This document shows, piece by piece, positions 12,440 to 26,534 of a stretch of 64,000 nt of DNA. The translations under genes and the position numbers were made by a program. Numbering within the stretch: position 1 is the first letter of the stretch; each line of letters opens with the position of its first letter. A model generated the notes under the pieces. The model searched no databases and had not been told where the DNA came from. It saw only the letters and a program-made list of their open reading frames with translations. The stretch comes from Eledone cirrhosa (lineage: Eukaryota), in NCBI GenBank assembly GCA_964016885.1, contig OZ024743.1, positions 252,030,001 to 252,094,000 on the forward strand, given 5' to 3'.

Positions 12440-13868
12440 ATAGGAGTAACTATAGAGGCATTAAATTAATCGACCAGGTCATGAAGGTCACAGAAAAAGT
12501 AATAGCGCAACTAATCAGAGAGAGAATTGATCTAGATGAAATGCAGTTCGGGTCTGTGTCAGGCAAAAAGACACTCTTTTCATTGTACGACAACTACAGG
12601 AGAAGTACCTAGCTAAAAGTAAACCCCTATACTTAGCTTTCGTCGACTTGGAGAAAGCCTTCGACAGAGTCCCCCGTTCCATTATCTGGTGGTCTCTTAG
12701 AAAACTAGGTGTTGACGAATGGCTTGTGAGAGCTATACAAGCCATGTATAAAGAAACAGTCAGTAAGGTTAGAATTAACAACGAATATAGTGAAGAGTTT
12801 AGCGTAAAAGTTGGTGTCCATCAGGGCTCTGTTCTTAGCCCCCTACTATTTATTATTGCCCTTCAGGCTATAACAGAGGAGTTCAAGACCGGCTGCTCAT
12901 GGGAACTCCTATACGCAGATGATCTAACGCTCATAGCTGAATCAATGACCAAACTAGAGAAGAAATTCCAAACATGGAAGCACGGCCTAGAATCAAAAGG
13001 CCTTAAAATTAACCTGGCTAAGACTAAAGCTCTAGTTTGTAGGAAAGAAAATAAGGCGGCGGTCCCTTCTGGGAAATGGCCATGCTCAGTGTGTAGGAAA
13101 GGCGTAGGTAGAAACTCCATTTTATGTCCCAAATGCAAAGTATGGGTGCATAAAAAATGTAGTGGGATCACAGGTAAGCTAACTAAGAACATAGATTTTA
13201 CATGTGGCCGGTGCTCTGGTGCAATAAGTAGCAGCAAGTGCCCACAAAATACTAGCTCCTTCAACTGCGCAGAGGGTTCTATAGAAATAGTGGACAGCTT
13301 CCGTTACCTGGGTGACAAAATCAGCAGTCGGGGAGGGTGCTCTGAAAGTACAGTAGCTAGAGTCAGAACTGGATGGAAAAAGTTCAGAGAGCTTATACCA
13401 CTATTAGCCGCTAGAGGATTCTCCCTAAAAATGAAAGGCAGGCTGTATGATGCCTGCATACGAACAGCAATGCTGCATGGCAGTGAGACCTGGGCATTGT
13501 GTGCAGAGGATATACGCAGACTAGAGAGGAACGAAGCTTGCATGCACCGCTGGATGTGCAATAGTAATATACGTGAACGGCAAAGCATAAACGAACTAAG
13601 GAAAAAATTAGAAATAAGAGGGATCAGATGTTGTTTACTCGAGAGAAGGCTACGTTGGTACGGTCACGTGATGCGCATGAAAGACAACAGCTGTATAACA
13701 AAGTGCAGGGCAATAAAGATAGACGGTAGCCACCGAGTAGGCAGACCCAGAAAAACATGGGACGAGCTGATAAATTCCGACCTCACACGCTTACACCTCT
13801 CCAAGACAATGTCACTGGACCGAGACCTTTGGCGGTACTCAGTAATAGAGAAGACCCGCCTTACCTAA
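12440..13868 (+). pseudogene. LINE ORF C-terminal part: reverse transcriptase with inserted PHD-like C4HC3 finger
   Basis: NYRGIKL, FVDLEKAFD, GVHQGSVLSPLLF, LLYADD, FRYLG, RRLRWYGH; CSVC..CPKC..HKKC..CGRC at 13083-13214. Confidence 0.96.
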
Positions 13869-14021
13869 ATACAAAGTAAAAACCTACTACAGTCAGTAGG
13901 CATCTCTATCAAAACACTAAACCTGATGATGATGATGATGATATTGTCTCTATATTGATTATTTTTTCTATTACCTGCAATTGTCTAAAATATTGTAAAC
14001 TTGCTTTATTTTATTGAACCT

Positions 14022-14054
<33 letters not shown>

Positions 14055-14451
14055 AATACACACACAATATATTTACAAGACCTTTAGATGTCAAAGTCAC
14101 TATGCAACCAAAACTTGCTAATGCGTTCTGATGTTTACTTTCCTTTGAAGAGGAGAAAAAGAGATGGGTATAATATATATATATATATATGAAATAAAGG
14201 AAGGCAGAGGGAGGGAGAGACAGTCTTAAGACATTGTGTAGATTGGTGACTTCTATAAACATTGGAAACTGCATGAAGAAACTGTGGGTGTCTTAAGAGG
14301 CCAAACATATCTATTGCTTATATTTCCCTTTACTACAAGATGTGATATGATTGATAGAAATCATTTTCTTCTTTTCTTTCTCACATCCGTTTCACTTATG
14401 TGCTGCTTGTTTCTGTTACCACAGCTATTAGACTGGAACCCACACAACTAC

Positions 14452-14483
<32 letters not shown>

Positions 14484-14512
14484 CTTCTTCTTCTTCTTCT
14501 TCTTCTTCTTCT

Positions 14513-14547
<35 letters not shown>

Positions 14548-14555
14548 TTCTTCTT
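14452..14555. repeat. (CTT)n microsatellite
   Basis: ~30 CTT units. Confidence 0.98.
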
Positions 14556-15329
14556 TGTCCTCATATTCCTCTTCATCTTCACATTTTCCTTTCCCTCCTC
14601 CTCAATTATTCCCTACCATTTCCTGACTTTTCATTTAGGCTAGGGACTTACTTCTCACATACGTTCCTGCATTCTATCAAATACATTTTATTGTAGCACC
14701 AGCACTAGGGAGGTTATCATATATTTTACACAGCTGAAGGGTTCTTCCAACCTTTTGGCTGGATGCCTTTTCTATGACTAACTTTACAGAGTGTACTGTG
14801 TGTTTTTATCATGTAGAGAGACTGTTGGGTCATTAACACAGCTGAAAAGACTTCTCAATCATCTTTTGGCATGGTTTCTGCAGCAGGATGTGTTGCCTAC
14901 CACCAATCACCTTACAAGTTGTGCTGGTCGCATTTATCAAGTAGATCAACATTAGAGAGGGTGATATGATATTAACACAACTAAAGAATTCTCTCAACCT
15001 TTTTTGGTATGGTTTCTAGAGTAGAGTACCATCATCATCATCATCATCGTTTAACGTCTATCTTCCACGCTAGCATGGGTTTAGATGTACCCTTCTTATC
15101 AAACATCTTACAGGGTGTATTAGATGTATTTTTCGTGGCATGTGCTCGAAGCTACTGGAAATTTGATTGTGTTGTTCTGTTCAAGTAATGAACCATTTAT
15201 TTCACCTCATGAAAATAGGGTTTTGAAACGCCTTTATCTGTGAAGTCATTTCTCAACTAGAAATAACTTCCATGCAACAGAGGCACTAAAATGTTCAAAA
15301 CAGATCTTTAACAAATAAAAGTAAAGATC

Positions 15330-15640
15330 ACCTTTGGTCACAAATGACCATGGGATTTGCACCTAGAATGTTCCCCTCTGAGGTACAAGTCTGGGAAGGT
15401 TGTTTGTGGAAGATCAGCTGTTGCCCAAGCATACCAGTCTCCCCTCTTCATGCCACTGATATTGTCCAAGGGAAAGGCAAAAGTTGATTCAGTTTAGCAC
15501 CAATGACATCACAACACTATTCTACAGTTGAGTGAACTTGCGCAACGTGAAATAAAGTGTCTTGCTCAATAACACAATGCAAAGCCTAGTCAAAGAATCA
15601 AATTCACAACCTCATGATTGAAAGCCCGATGCCTTAACAA
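15330..15640 (-). mobile_element. tRNA-derived SINE (CORE-like family), near full length
   Basis: Reverse-complement similarity to 51695-51965; gagcaagacactttatttcacgttgc core. Confidence 0.75.
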
Positions 15641-16185
15641 ATACACTGCAAATATTCTACTTGATGGACTGTAACTATTTTAATGCTCTGTTGATTGTTT
15701 ACACATCTCTGTATGATCATTAGATGTTGCATTGTATGCAACACTTTAAATGTCCTTGCAATGAAGTCAGTTTAAGCTTTTTGATATCAAACTGACTGAA
15801 ACTGATCCTGGTTCTATTATACAAAAGACTTTAATTTTAAAGTGTCTGTATTTATCTAAAATCCTCCCATCATACATAATTTTATGCAAGAACCCTTCCT
15901 AAGTTATGCTCCAAACATCAACTGAATAATGAGAAACTTTGTAATATTACAAAATCTCTCTATCATCATAATCATCATCATCATAATCATCATTATCATA
16001 ATTGTCATTATCATTACCATCATGATACCCATCAGCATCTTTGACATCATTAACACCACCACCAGCATCAATAACATTAACATCATCACCGGTATTGTCA
16101 TTGCCATCACAATACCCATTATCAGGATAGCACTTATCATTATGAAGATATAATCATAGATTTTTCGGTTCATATTTCTTCTCCC

Positions 16186-16268
<83 letters not shown>

Positions 16269-16269
16269 G

Positions 16270-16323
<54 letters not shown>
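16186..16323. repeat. Head-to-head (AAT)n / (ATT)n microsatellite palindrome
   Basis: (taa)n-cg-(att)n. Confidence 0.95.
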
Positions 16324-16326
<3 letters not shown>

Positions 16327-16879
16327 AACAAGAACAAGAAATTGACTTTCTTGCAAAATTGACAAAATTGCTTTCAACCCAGTGATTACAATTCCTGAAA
16401 TTGTTGCAATTATTCCTTGATTCCACTGTCTTCTGATTACTACATCTCATTCTACTAAAATAAAAAATAAACTCCTGAATATCTAAACAAATAAACAAAC
16501 AAACAAACATAAAAAAAAGAATAAGAAATTTAAAAAATAAAAAAATATACAAATGAAAATAAGTAAATAAATAAAAATCATAAAAATAAACAATATGAAA
16601 ACAAATAAAACAATAAATAAAATAAATGAAAAAAGCAAAACAATTCTGCAGTTCTTAACTGTTAGAACCACTGATAAAAAAACAAAAAAAACAACAAATA
16701 ACAAAAATAACAATAGTTCTCAATTCTTGTTATCAAGTGCATCAAATCTAATAATAATGACTATGGTTTCTGAGTTAGGTACAAAGCTGGCAATAAAATA
16801 AAATAAAGCACCAGTAATGACTGGGGTCAATTTAATCGACTTTCCCCTCTTCCTATAAAATTGTTGGCCTTGTGCCCAC

Positions 16880-17390
16880 TGCCTTCCTTCAGCCAGGAAG
16901 CGCAGGCAGTGTTTATCTACCTGGTGGCCATGGGGAAAGAGGTTGTATGGTGGACGCATTTGAAAGGGCTGAAGATGAGCACTAACCTCTTCGGTGCTAC
17001 CCTTATTAACTTTTTCAAATTTCATTCGAAAAGGAAAATCAGGTTGGAGAGGAAAGTGCTCCCTTCCCAGCAATTTGTTGAAAGATGGGTGAGAGCGGCA
17101 AGCATGGCCTGAGTGAATGGGCCTGCTCTGAGTATGTTCCTGCAGATTGGAGGTGGAAAACTGGGAGAGGGCACTTGCCCTGATGGTCAAGGTCACCGAG
17201 GCTTTTGTGGACTTTCTTCACAAGTGACCCTCGGAGGTCTCCCCTTATTGGGAAATTTCTTTTGTTTCATTTTTTTGTTACTTCCTTTGTTATTGTTTGT
17301 TTTTCTTTATACCCAAAAATGCCCATTTGTACCGTCATGTGCTGTCCTTAATGTTATATTTTATGTCAACCCTTGTGATTAATGAAGAAA
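16880..17390 (+). mobile_element. Probable Tx1/L1-like LINE 3' end
   Basis: LVAMGKEVVWWTHLK...KIRLERK...FVERW resembles the Tx1 ORF2 C-terminus (K..IW..R...F...W); followed by a T-rich 3'UTR; sits just after a SINE tail. Confidence 0.55.
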
Positions 17391-18129
17391 GCATTATTGT
17401 TATTCTTGTTAACAGAATTATTTAAAACAAATTAGGTGTGATGACTACCTTCAGCAAATATCTCATATCTTCTGTCGCATTTGAAAAGAGCTGATAATTG
17501 ATGGAGTAAAAAGTGGTGGTACAATTACATGATCTATATTACCAAGATGATTAATGTGGTTATCTATTCCGATTTGTATTGGGATTGGAAATAACAACCT
17601 AGTAACTAACTGGCTGTTGCCTACTGCCTTTGTTTGTTAAGTTTTATTGGGTTCCTTTGTTGTTGATATGAACTGTAGAGTGTCTCCCCATGTCCACATG
17701 GCATTTAGCTGTATGTTATGATCATCATCATTTTATATTTGCTTTCCATGTTGGCATGAGTTAGATGGGGTTGTTATGGTCTGAGACTAGATGGGTCGAA
17801 GTGATCTGTCTTGCTCATGCATTCCATATTTCACATGGTTTTTACAGCCTAATGCCCATCCTAATAACAATCACTTTATAGGGTGCACTTGAGTGCATTT
17901 TTTCATGGCACCACAACTCCCAATTTACAGAAGGTAATGGGTGCAGTATTTTGTGGCACTAATACTAACACTTTAGAGGAGGTTCTAGGTACACTTTATC
18001 ATAGCATCTGCATTAAAGAGGTTGTCATATACTCATCCAGACTGAAAGGTTCTCTCAAACCTAATGTTGTCTCTAATAGATTGGCAATGATAGTTTGCGG
18101 AATGGGATACCAGGTTATTGTGGGTAAGA

Positions 18130-19350
18130 ATGTAATACCAGGTTGTTGTGAGGTAGAATGAAATACTAGGTTGTTGTGTGGTAGAATGTAATACTAGGTT
18201 GTTGTGTGGTAGAATGAAATACTAGGTTGTTGTGTGGTAGAATGAAATACTAGGTTGTTGTGAGGTAGAATGTAATACCAGGTTGTTGTGAGGTAGAATT
18301 GAATACCAGTTTGTTGTGTGGTAGAATATAATACAAGGTTGTTGTGAGGTAGAATGAAATACTAGGTTGTTGTGTGGTAGAATGTAATACCAGGTTGTTG
18401 TGAGGTAGAATTGAATACCAGTTTGTTGTGTGGTAGAATATAATACAAGGTTGTTGTGAGGTAGAATGAAATACTAGGTTGTTGTGTGGTAGAATGAAAT
18501 ACTAGGTTGTTGTGTGGTAGAATATAATACTAGGTTGTTGTGAGGTAGAATGTAATACAAGGTTGTTGTGAGGTAGAATATAATACTAGGTTGTTGTGAG
18601 GTAGAATGTAATACAAGGTTGTTGGAGGTAGAATATAATACTAGGTTGTTGTTAGGTAGAATGTAATACAAGGTTGTTGTGAGGTAGAATGAAATACCAG
18701 GTTGTTATGTGATAGAATATAATACCTGGTTGTTGTGAGGTAGAATGTAATACCAGGTTGTTGTGTGGTAGAATGAAATACTAGGTTGTTGTGAGGTAGA
18801 ATGTAATACCAGGTTGTTGTGTGGTAGAATGAAATACTAGGTTGTTGTGTGGTAGAATGTAATACCAGGTTGTTGTGTGGTAGAATGTAATACTAGGTTG
18901 TTGTGTGATAGAATATAATACCAGGTTGTTGTGAGGTAGAATGTAATACCAGGTTGTTGTGAGATAGAATGTAATACAAGGTTGTTGTGTGATAGAATAT
19001 AATACCAGGTTGTTGTGAGGTAGAATGTAATACCAGGTTGTTGTGAGGTAGAATTGAATACCAGTTTGTTGTGTGGTAGAATGTAATACAAGGTTGTTGT
19101 GTGGTAGAATATAATACTAGGTTGTTGTGTGATAGAATATAATACCAGGTTGTTGTGAGGTAGAATGTAATACAAGGTTCTTGTGTGGTAGAATTGAATA
19201 CCAGTTTGTTGTGAGGTAGAATATAATACCAGGTTGTTATGTGATAGAATATAATACCTGGTTGTTGTGAGGTAGAATGTAATACAAGGTTGTTGTGTGG
19301 TAGAATTGAATACCAGGTTGTTGTTTGGCAGAATGGAATACCAGGTTGTT
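18130..19350. repeat. 28-bp minisatellite, ~43 copies
   Basis: Unit ggttgttgtg(a/t)ggtagaat(gt/ga/at)aatac(c/t/a)a, head-to-tail with no spacers. Confidence 0.97.
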
Positions 19351-19899
19351 AGTATATATTGTCTAATAACATGTTTTGTTGTGGATGGACTCCTCTGTGA
19401 ATCCAGAAAATATATCCTGGTTTCTAATTTACTATGTACTGAGGTCCCAAACTTAGGTATATTTCCATCACTGACAATTACTGATGAGATTATAATAACA
19501 TTTGAAACTATAGTGCAACTGAGCCCTCTGATTCTGAACACACTAAAGTTGTATATACAAAGACAACATTGGCATTTTGGTTACGGAGTGTAGTTGAGAT
19601 ATATCACCAAGATTAGGGTGTTGAGTCAGCCACTCACACTCACTTTCCTTTACTTTTACTATTACATGTTTTCTTTCAACTTCTTTACTTATTTAATATG
19701 CTAACTGTGATAACTGACATTTTTAAAGCTTGCCTTCACAACTCTATCTGAGTTTTTACAATCTATCTCAGAAAACTTATTTTATTTACTCATGCAGTGA
19801 TGGCTAAAATCTATAGATTTGTTCTATAGTACACTATAATACATGCTTGCATAGATTATATGAGGCATCTGAATTGCTTATACCAAAGGCAGCCTGTGT

Positions 19900-20517
19900 T
19901 CCTAAACTCTTTCATTACCATATTTCTAACAAAAGACACTGGCTATGGCTTTCAAATGATTTTAAAAATAATTAACAATTTAAAGTGATTTAGTAATATG
20001 ACTTATTATTAAGCTTATGTTCGGAACATAATTTAACAAAAGTTCTGGCATAAAATTCTGATGGAATGTTTTTAGATAAATATAAACGTTAGCTATTTTG
20101 TTACCATATTTTAAATGAGAGATAGTGCCTGTGATTTTCATATAATTTTTTAAATAATCAAGAATTTAGAGCCAACTTCTTCATTTTAAACAGTTTTTTG
20201 GAACATAACTTCACAAAGGTTCTTACATAACATTGTGATGGAAAGGTTTTAGATAAATATAAACACTTTAACTCTTTTGTTACCATATTCCTAATAGAAA
20301 ACAATGCCTATTATTTTCAAATAATTTTGAAAATAATCAAGAATTTGAAGTGATTTTAGTCAAATATATAAATTAGGCATGTTAAAGCGGGTTTTTAGAA
20401 CATAACTTTAGAAATGTTATTACATAAAAGTGTGATGGAAACTTTTTAGATAAACACTTTAAAATGAGCAATTTGTAACATAGAATCTGAGATGGTTTCT
20501 GACATAAAAATGGTTAA
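19900..20517 (+). mobile_element. Tandem copies (~180 bp) of an AT-rich MITE-like repeat with TTAA-type ends
   Basis: Repeated taactcttttgttaccatatt...tttggaacataa...gatggaa; related copies at ~42190-42480 and 49960-50450 end in gg(t)a(a/t)caaaagggttaa. Confidence 0.6.
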
Positions 20518-21072
20518 TCTCGAAACATAACTGTGAGTGCTCCTGAACCACCAGCAATGCCACCAGAATCTGTCTCATCTTTCATTTGCAGAGAATGTTC
20601 TAGACAGCTGGCAAAGTTGTATCAAAGATTTTGCAAAATAGATAAATTGATGAAACCAAAGAGGTTACTTAATTTGCTGTGAAGAAACGTTAATGAGTGA
20701 CAAAGTCTTTGATCTGTTGGATAAAACTGGGAACTGAAATCGATGGTAACAAGAATGCGTAGAAGTGGAAGAAAGAGCAGTAAATGTGTGGGAGTAAGAG
20801 GGGGAGAGAGATGTTTGGGAGGGAGAGAGAGAGAGAGAGAAGGGACCAGTGAGACAAAAAGAGTGGGGGAGTGCAAGAGATGTTGCGTTAGAGAAAATAT
20901 GTGGCCGTTAAATCTCTCTCTCTCTAAGCATGGAAAATAGATGTGATGATAATGACATATATATACATATATATACATATATATACATATATATACACAC
21001 ACACACACCCACACATATACACATATATATATATACACACACACACGTATATATATATATAAATATATATAT

Positions 21073-21105
<33 letters not shown>

Positions 21106-21610
21106 CACACTCACACACGTATATATATATTGTCATCATATATAGACACACACAGAGAGTGACCAAAATATAGTGACAGTGCCAGAAAATATGTGCAGGA
21201 GTGAAAGAAGGAGAGGGGGGGGGAGAAAGAAAGAGATAGTGTGTATGTGTCTGTAGATGTCAGTTTATTCCTATTTCTAATGTTTTTATATATATAATTT
21301 ATTTTTGCTAAGTCACTGATTTCATTCATAATAATGTTCATTTTCAATATTTCTAATTGATAATTTCTATTAAACAATTATTTAATTGAACACTTATTGA
21401 ACAGCATACATCAAATATGTAAGAGAGAGAGGGAAAGAAGGAAAGAGAGCAACAAAGAGGAAAGGAGAGAATGGAAAGAAAGGAGAGAAAGGAGAGAAAG
21501 GCAGAGAAAGAGCAAGAGAAAAAGAGAAAGAGATGAGTGTTTACAGACCTTCGTCATCAAATCACCTTTAATGGAAATATATTCATGTAGGTTTGGAGCT
21601 AACATTAAGG

Positions 21611-21927
21611 CCATGCTTTGACGCAAAGAGTTACGGCCCTTCCCAATCTGAGTTCAAATCCCGCCGAGGTTAACTTTGCCTTTCATCCTTACGGGGTTGA
21701 TAAAATAAAGTACCAGTAATACACTGGGTAATTGCTGGCCTTGTGCCAAACGTAGAAACAATTATCATTGCCATGCTTTGACGCATAGAGTTACGGCCCT
21801 TGGCATTCTGAGTTCAAATCCCACCGAGGTTAACTTTGCCTTTCATCCTTATGGGGTTGATAAAATAAAGTACCAGTAATACACTGGGTAATTGCTGGCC
21901 TTGTGCCAAAAGTAGAAACAATTATCA
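21611..21927 (+). mobile_element. Two tandem 5'-truncated tRNA-derived SINEs (Meta/MESC-like central domain)
   Basis: ctgagttcaaatcccgccgaggttaactttgcctttcatccttacggggttgataaaataaagtaccagt, twice ~160 bp apart. Confidence 0.85.
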
Positions 21928-22615
21928 TCATTGTTGTTATAGTCATCACCATCATCATCATCATCATCTTTACTATCGTTGTCATCATCATAGCCATGTA
22001 ATCATCACTACCACTGCCACCATCATCATCATGATCATTGTCATCATCATTACTATCATCAACACAATCATCAACACAATCATAAGCATCATCATCATCA
22101 TCATCATCATCGTTATCCCCACCATCATTATTATTATCACCATGTTTCCCATCCCTCTTCATAATAATTGTCATTGTTGCCTTTCATCATCAATTAACTC
22201 CCTTCTTTTCCATGCTGGCATGGATTGAATGTAGAGGTACAGTCCAAGTTAGATCTTAATCGATGTTACTGTTACTGCCTCTCCCCAGGGATAGGTCTGG
22301 AGCATGTATTGTTCTTATATTGATATTAAGAGTTGCCACCCTCCTCCGGGGTAGCCCTGAGAACATGTATTGTTCCTATGTTCATATTCAAAATTGTTGT
22401 CCCTCCTAGACAGGCCAGAGAACACAAATTGTCTCTTAAAATTCTATATTTTGGCATTGTTTCTATGGTTGGATGCCCTTCTTAGCACCAACCACATTAC
22501 AAACTATACTGGATATATTTTATCATAGCACCAACACTAGAGAAGTTATTTTATCCTTGGCAAGACTAAAACTAAGAAAGTGAAGAAAGAGAAGGGGGAA
22601 GTGATGGTGATGGGG

Positions 22616-22653
<38 letters not shown>

Positions 22654-23117
22654 ACTAAGTAAGCAAAGAAGAAGGAAGAAGGTGAAATGAAAATAAAAAA
22701 TGTCTCAGTTGATAGGTTTCCATTTTGGCAGAAATTTATTGGCAATCTTCATAGACCAAATATAAGATTCCTGAGACACAGGAATAGAGAGAGCAAGGAG
22801 ATAAAGAGTGAGGTAGATGGTGAGAGAGTTAGTGAGAGAATGGATGAGACAGAAGGAGAGAGTAGGATACATAGAGAGGGGAAGAGAATGTTTGAGATAT
22901 GTTACAGAGGTAGATATATATAGATAAAGTGTGTGTACATGAGTTAAAGAGAGAAAGAGAGACATAGATAGAGAGAGTATATGAGTGTATGAGATAGACA
23001 GAGATAGTGTGAGTGTGTATGTTACAGATAAATAGAAAGAAGGTGTGTAAGAGAGAAAAATATGGTGTGAGCAAGAAAAGGGAGAGTGAAGAGAAAGAGA
23101 CGGAGAAGGAAGGGTAT

Positions 23118-23194
23118 GAGAGAGAGAGAGAGAGAGAGAGGGGGGAGAGAGAGATAGGGGGAGAGAGAGGGGGAGAGAGAGAGGGGGAGAGAGA

Positions 23195-23245
<51 letters not shown>
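23118..23245. repeat. (GA)n purine microsatellite
   Basis: Direct reading. Confidence 0.95.
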
Positions 23246-23248
<3 letters not shown>

Positions 23249-25491
23249 TTGTAACTACTTTATTTCACGTGTGATACTAATTACTTATCTTTGCTATGTG
23301 ACACCTTTCCATTTCCATATTGTTATTGCGGAATGATAAAAATATCCATATTTCTGCCATAAAATCAAGAACTAAATACAGTCCAATGAATGATGTCTGT
23401 TGGAGAATTACCATATTTTATTGACAACTGTGTTCCCCTACCAGATAATCCTCAGACCCATTATGTACTTTTTGTTTCTCTTCCAGTGAGAGCAGGTGAC
23501 CTAGTTGTTAGAGTTGTTAGACTCACTGCATTACTGTTGTGGGTATGATTCCTGGATTAGACAATGCTTTGTGTTCATCATCACCATCGTCATCATTACC
23601 ACCATCATCATCATTACCACCACCATCATCATCATTACCATCATCACTATCATCATCATTACCATCATCACTACCACCATCATCACCATCATCATCATCC
23701 TCATCATTACCATCATCATCATCATCTTTTAAGGTCCATTTTATTTATTACAAGGGATGAATGGGTCTTCACAGATTGTGGCAGTGCTGAAACGGAAACA
23801 CCAACTTCTTGGGTGGGCCTGGGGTGGGAGTGGGAGAGAGTTGGTCTTACATCTTGCTTACATATGTTCTTCCACTCTACTAAGTGCATTTTATCACGTC
23901 ACCAGCACTAGGGAGTGCTGTATGCCTTTGACACATCTGAAGAATCCTCCAAATTCATTTTTGGCAGATCTACTACAGCTGGATGACCTTTCTATCACCA
24001 ACCAGTTTACAGCATGCACAGGGTGCATTTATCATGTAGATCACCAACATTAGAGAGGCTGTTTTACTATTAACACAACTGAAGAGTCCTATTGACCCTT
24101 TTTGGCATGGGTTCTACAGCAGGGTGCCCTTCCTATCATGTAATCGCAAACACTAGAGAGGTTGTCATATCTTTGACACAACTGAAGAGTCTTTCTTGAG
24201 CAAAATACTTTATTATTTTCTGTTGCTCTTTTCACCTGCAGTTGTAACCAACAGATAGAGTCAGCATTGGGAAAAACTAATGGAAACCTTGTTTTGTTTT
24301 CTTAGTTCCTTTCCTTAATCAGTGAAGGCATGTAGTCTAGTGGATAGATTATTGGACTCACTATCATAAGTTAGTATGTTCAATTCTTAGACGAAGCAGT
24401 GATTTGTGTTCTTGAGCAAATATTTAATTACACATTGCTCCTTCTGCCAGATTTTATCAGCAATGAAAGGCTCAATGGAAACATTGTTTTGTTTCCTTGA
24501 AATTATAGAGGCTTGATCTGGCTCTTTGTTATGTGAGATTTTGGATTGTAAAATTAATTCATTACCCAATTTAACAGATGCACTTGGTTCCAGGGTTCCT
24601 TTTGTTGAGTTTATTATGGAGTGGGGTCTGTAAATATAGTACCTAAACTGGATTTTTTTCTTTCACACACACACAGCTAAGCTTCACCATGGCAAGGGTG
24701 TAGGAGTACAGCAAAGAAAGGAAATAATGATGAAGGAACTCTACAATAAACTAATTGACAAACTCCCTCTACCTCCAGACCCCACTATTATTACTACCCC
24801 CTTCCCCTACCATCACCACTACAACCACCACCACAACTTTCACAACTAACAGCACAATTACAACCACCATCATCAACATCACACATAACCACATAATCAA
24901 CACTACCACAACCACTACAATCACCATTACTACAACCACCATCATCACCACCAACAAAAAATACACTAGCCAATAACAACAACACTATCATCACCAACAA
25001 AACCAAACCAGCTCTAACAACCACATGACCAACATCCCAAACTACATCGTCAAACTACATCACCACCATCTCTACCATTTACCAACACCACAAACCACAT
25101 CATCAGCACCACCATCATCTCTACCATCACCAACACTACAACCACCTACACAAACACTAACACCATCACCAGTATCATTACCAACACCACCACATTCCAC
25201 ACATTCCCCAGATTTTCTCAATTAATAGCTACCTTGGCTCTGATATTGGTGCCATGGAAATGGTGTAGAAGGAGGAGGTAGGGTTGATACCCTACCTCCT
25301 CCTCCTTCTACACCATTTCCATTCTCTCTCTCCCTTCCCCTCTCTTTTCCCCCCTCTCTTTACCTGATTGGTGTGTGCAGTAAGAAGCAATGTTTTACTC
25401 AAGTCACTCTACTGCGACAATTCACCTCTCTCTCTCTCCCTCTCTCTTCTCTCTCTCTCTCTCTCTTTCTCTCTCTGTCTCTCTCTCTCTC

Positions 25492-25525
<34 letters not shown>

Positions 25526-25552
25526 AATATATACACACATATATATATATAT

Positions 25553-26493
25553 AACGAAGGAGTTGTGGTAAGGAACCAGGTGGACCATAACGCACCAGAG
25601 TACTCAATACTTAGGGTAGTAGGGTGGGTAATAGGAAAATGTATGACCCCGACGGCAGAGCTCAAGCCGTTTCAACCGCTATTTCTGGACAGAAAAATAA
25701 CGGGATTAAAAAAAAAAAAAAAAAAATATATAGCAATATAGAAAAAGACATATGTGTACATACATATACACACACATACACACATTCAGATAAAAGGAAA
25801 ATATATATATATGTATATATACATACATGCATATATATACACATATACATATGCATATATACATGCATATATACACACATATAGACACACATATAAAAAC
25901 ATATACAGACATATACAAATACATATATACACTCACATATATCACATACATATATATATACATACATATATACATATATATGTATATATATGGCACAGAC
26001 ACACTAGTGTGCGAAAACATACGCGAACACACAACACACATATATATATATATATGAAATGATACGAAGACATCACACACATAGAGTTAAACAAGAATAC
26101 AGTTACATACGCAAAACTACAAATAGATATATATGACCAGTGGAAGTATAAGCAGCTAAGAGCATGCATAATTACAAATGAACACACGCAGATAACCACA
26201 CACATAAATACATATATACAATTGCACGCAACCACATTATATGAATAAACATATCATCATCAGCATCATCATCATCATTTTACGTCCGCTTTTCCCTGCT
26301 TGCAAGGGTGGGACGGGAACTGATTCTGGCTTGATTTCTACAGCTGGATGCCCTTCCTAACACCAACCTCATTTACAGTGAGTGCTGGGTGCTCTTTTTG
26401 CCGTGGCACCTCCACGACCACTTTGCATATATATATGTGTGTGTATCTCGATATATGCATATGTATATGTGTATGTTCGTGTACATGTATGTT

Positions 26494-26534
<41 letters not shown>

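Larger units (their letters stand above)
10565..13942 (+). mobile_element. Near-full-length RTE-clade LINE (family A), frameshifted; 3'UTR internally deleted
   Basis: GC-richer 5'UTR, single-ORF layout with APE then RT, ends (gat)n; frameshifts near 10830, 10893, 12435 and 12565. Confidence 0.96.

Noticed and set aside
10901-13868. Intact autonomous LINE or host gene
   Set aside because: At least four frameshifts relative to the family C frame and RTE motifs; a disabled copy unless these are sequencing errors
13924-13942. CTGATGA matches in (GAT)n tails here and elsewhere
   Set aside because: Part of LINE trinucleotide tails, with no stem II/GAAA/stem III
16186-16323. (AAT)n/(ATT)n palindrome as a functional hairpin
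   Set aside because: Simply explained by two opposed microsatellites or retroposon tails; no other support
18130-19350. CRISPR-like array of 28-bp repeats
   Set aside because: Units are contiguous with no unique spacers, there are no cas genes, and the context is eukaryotic; it is a minisatellite. The 234-aa minus ORF over it is an artefact.
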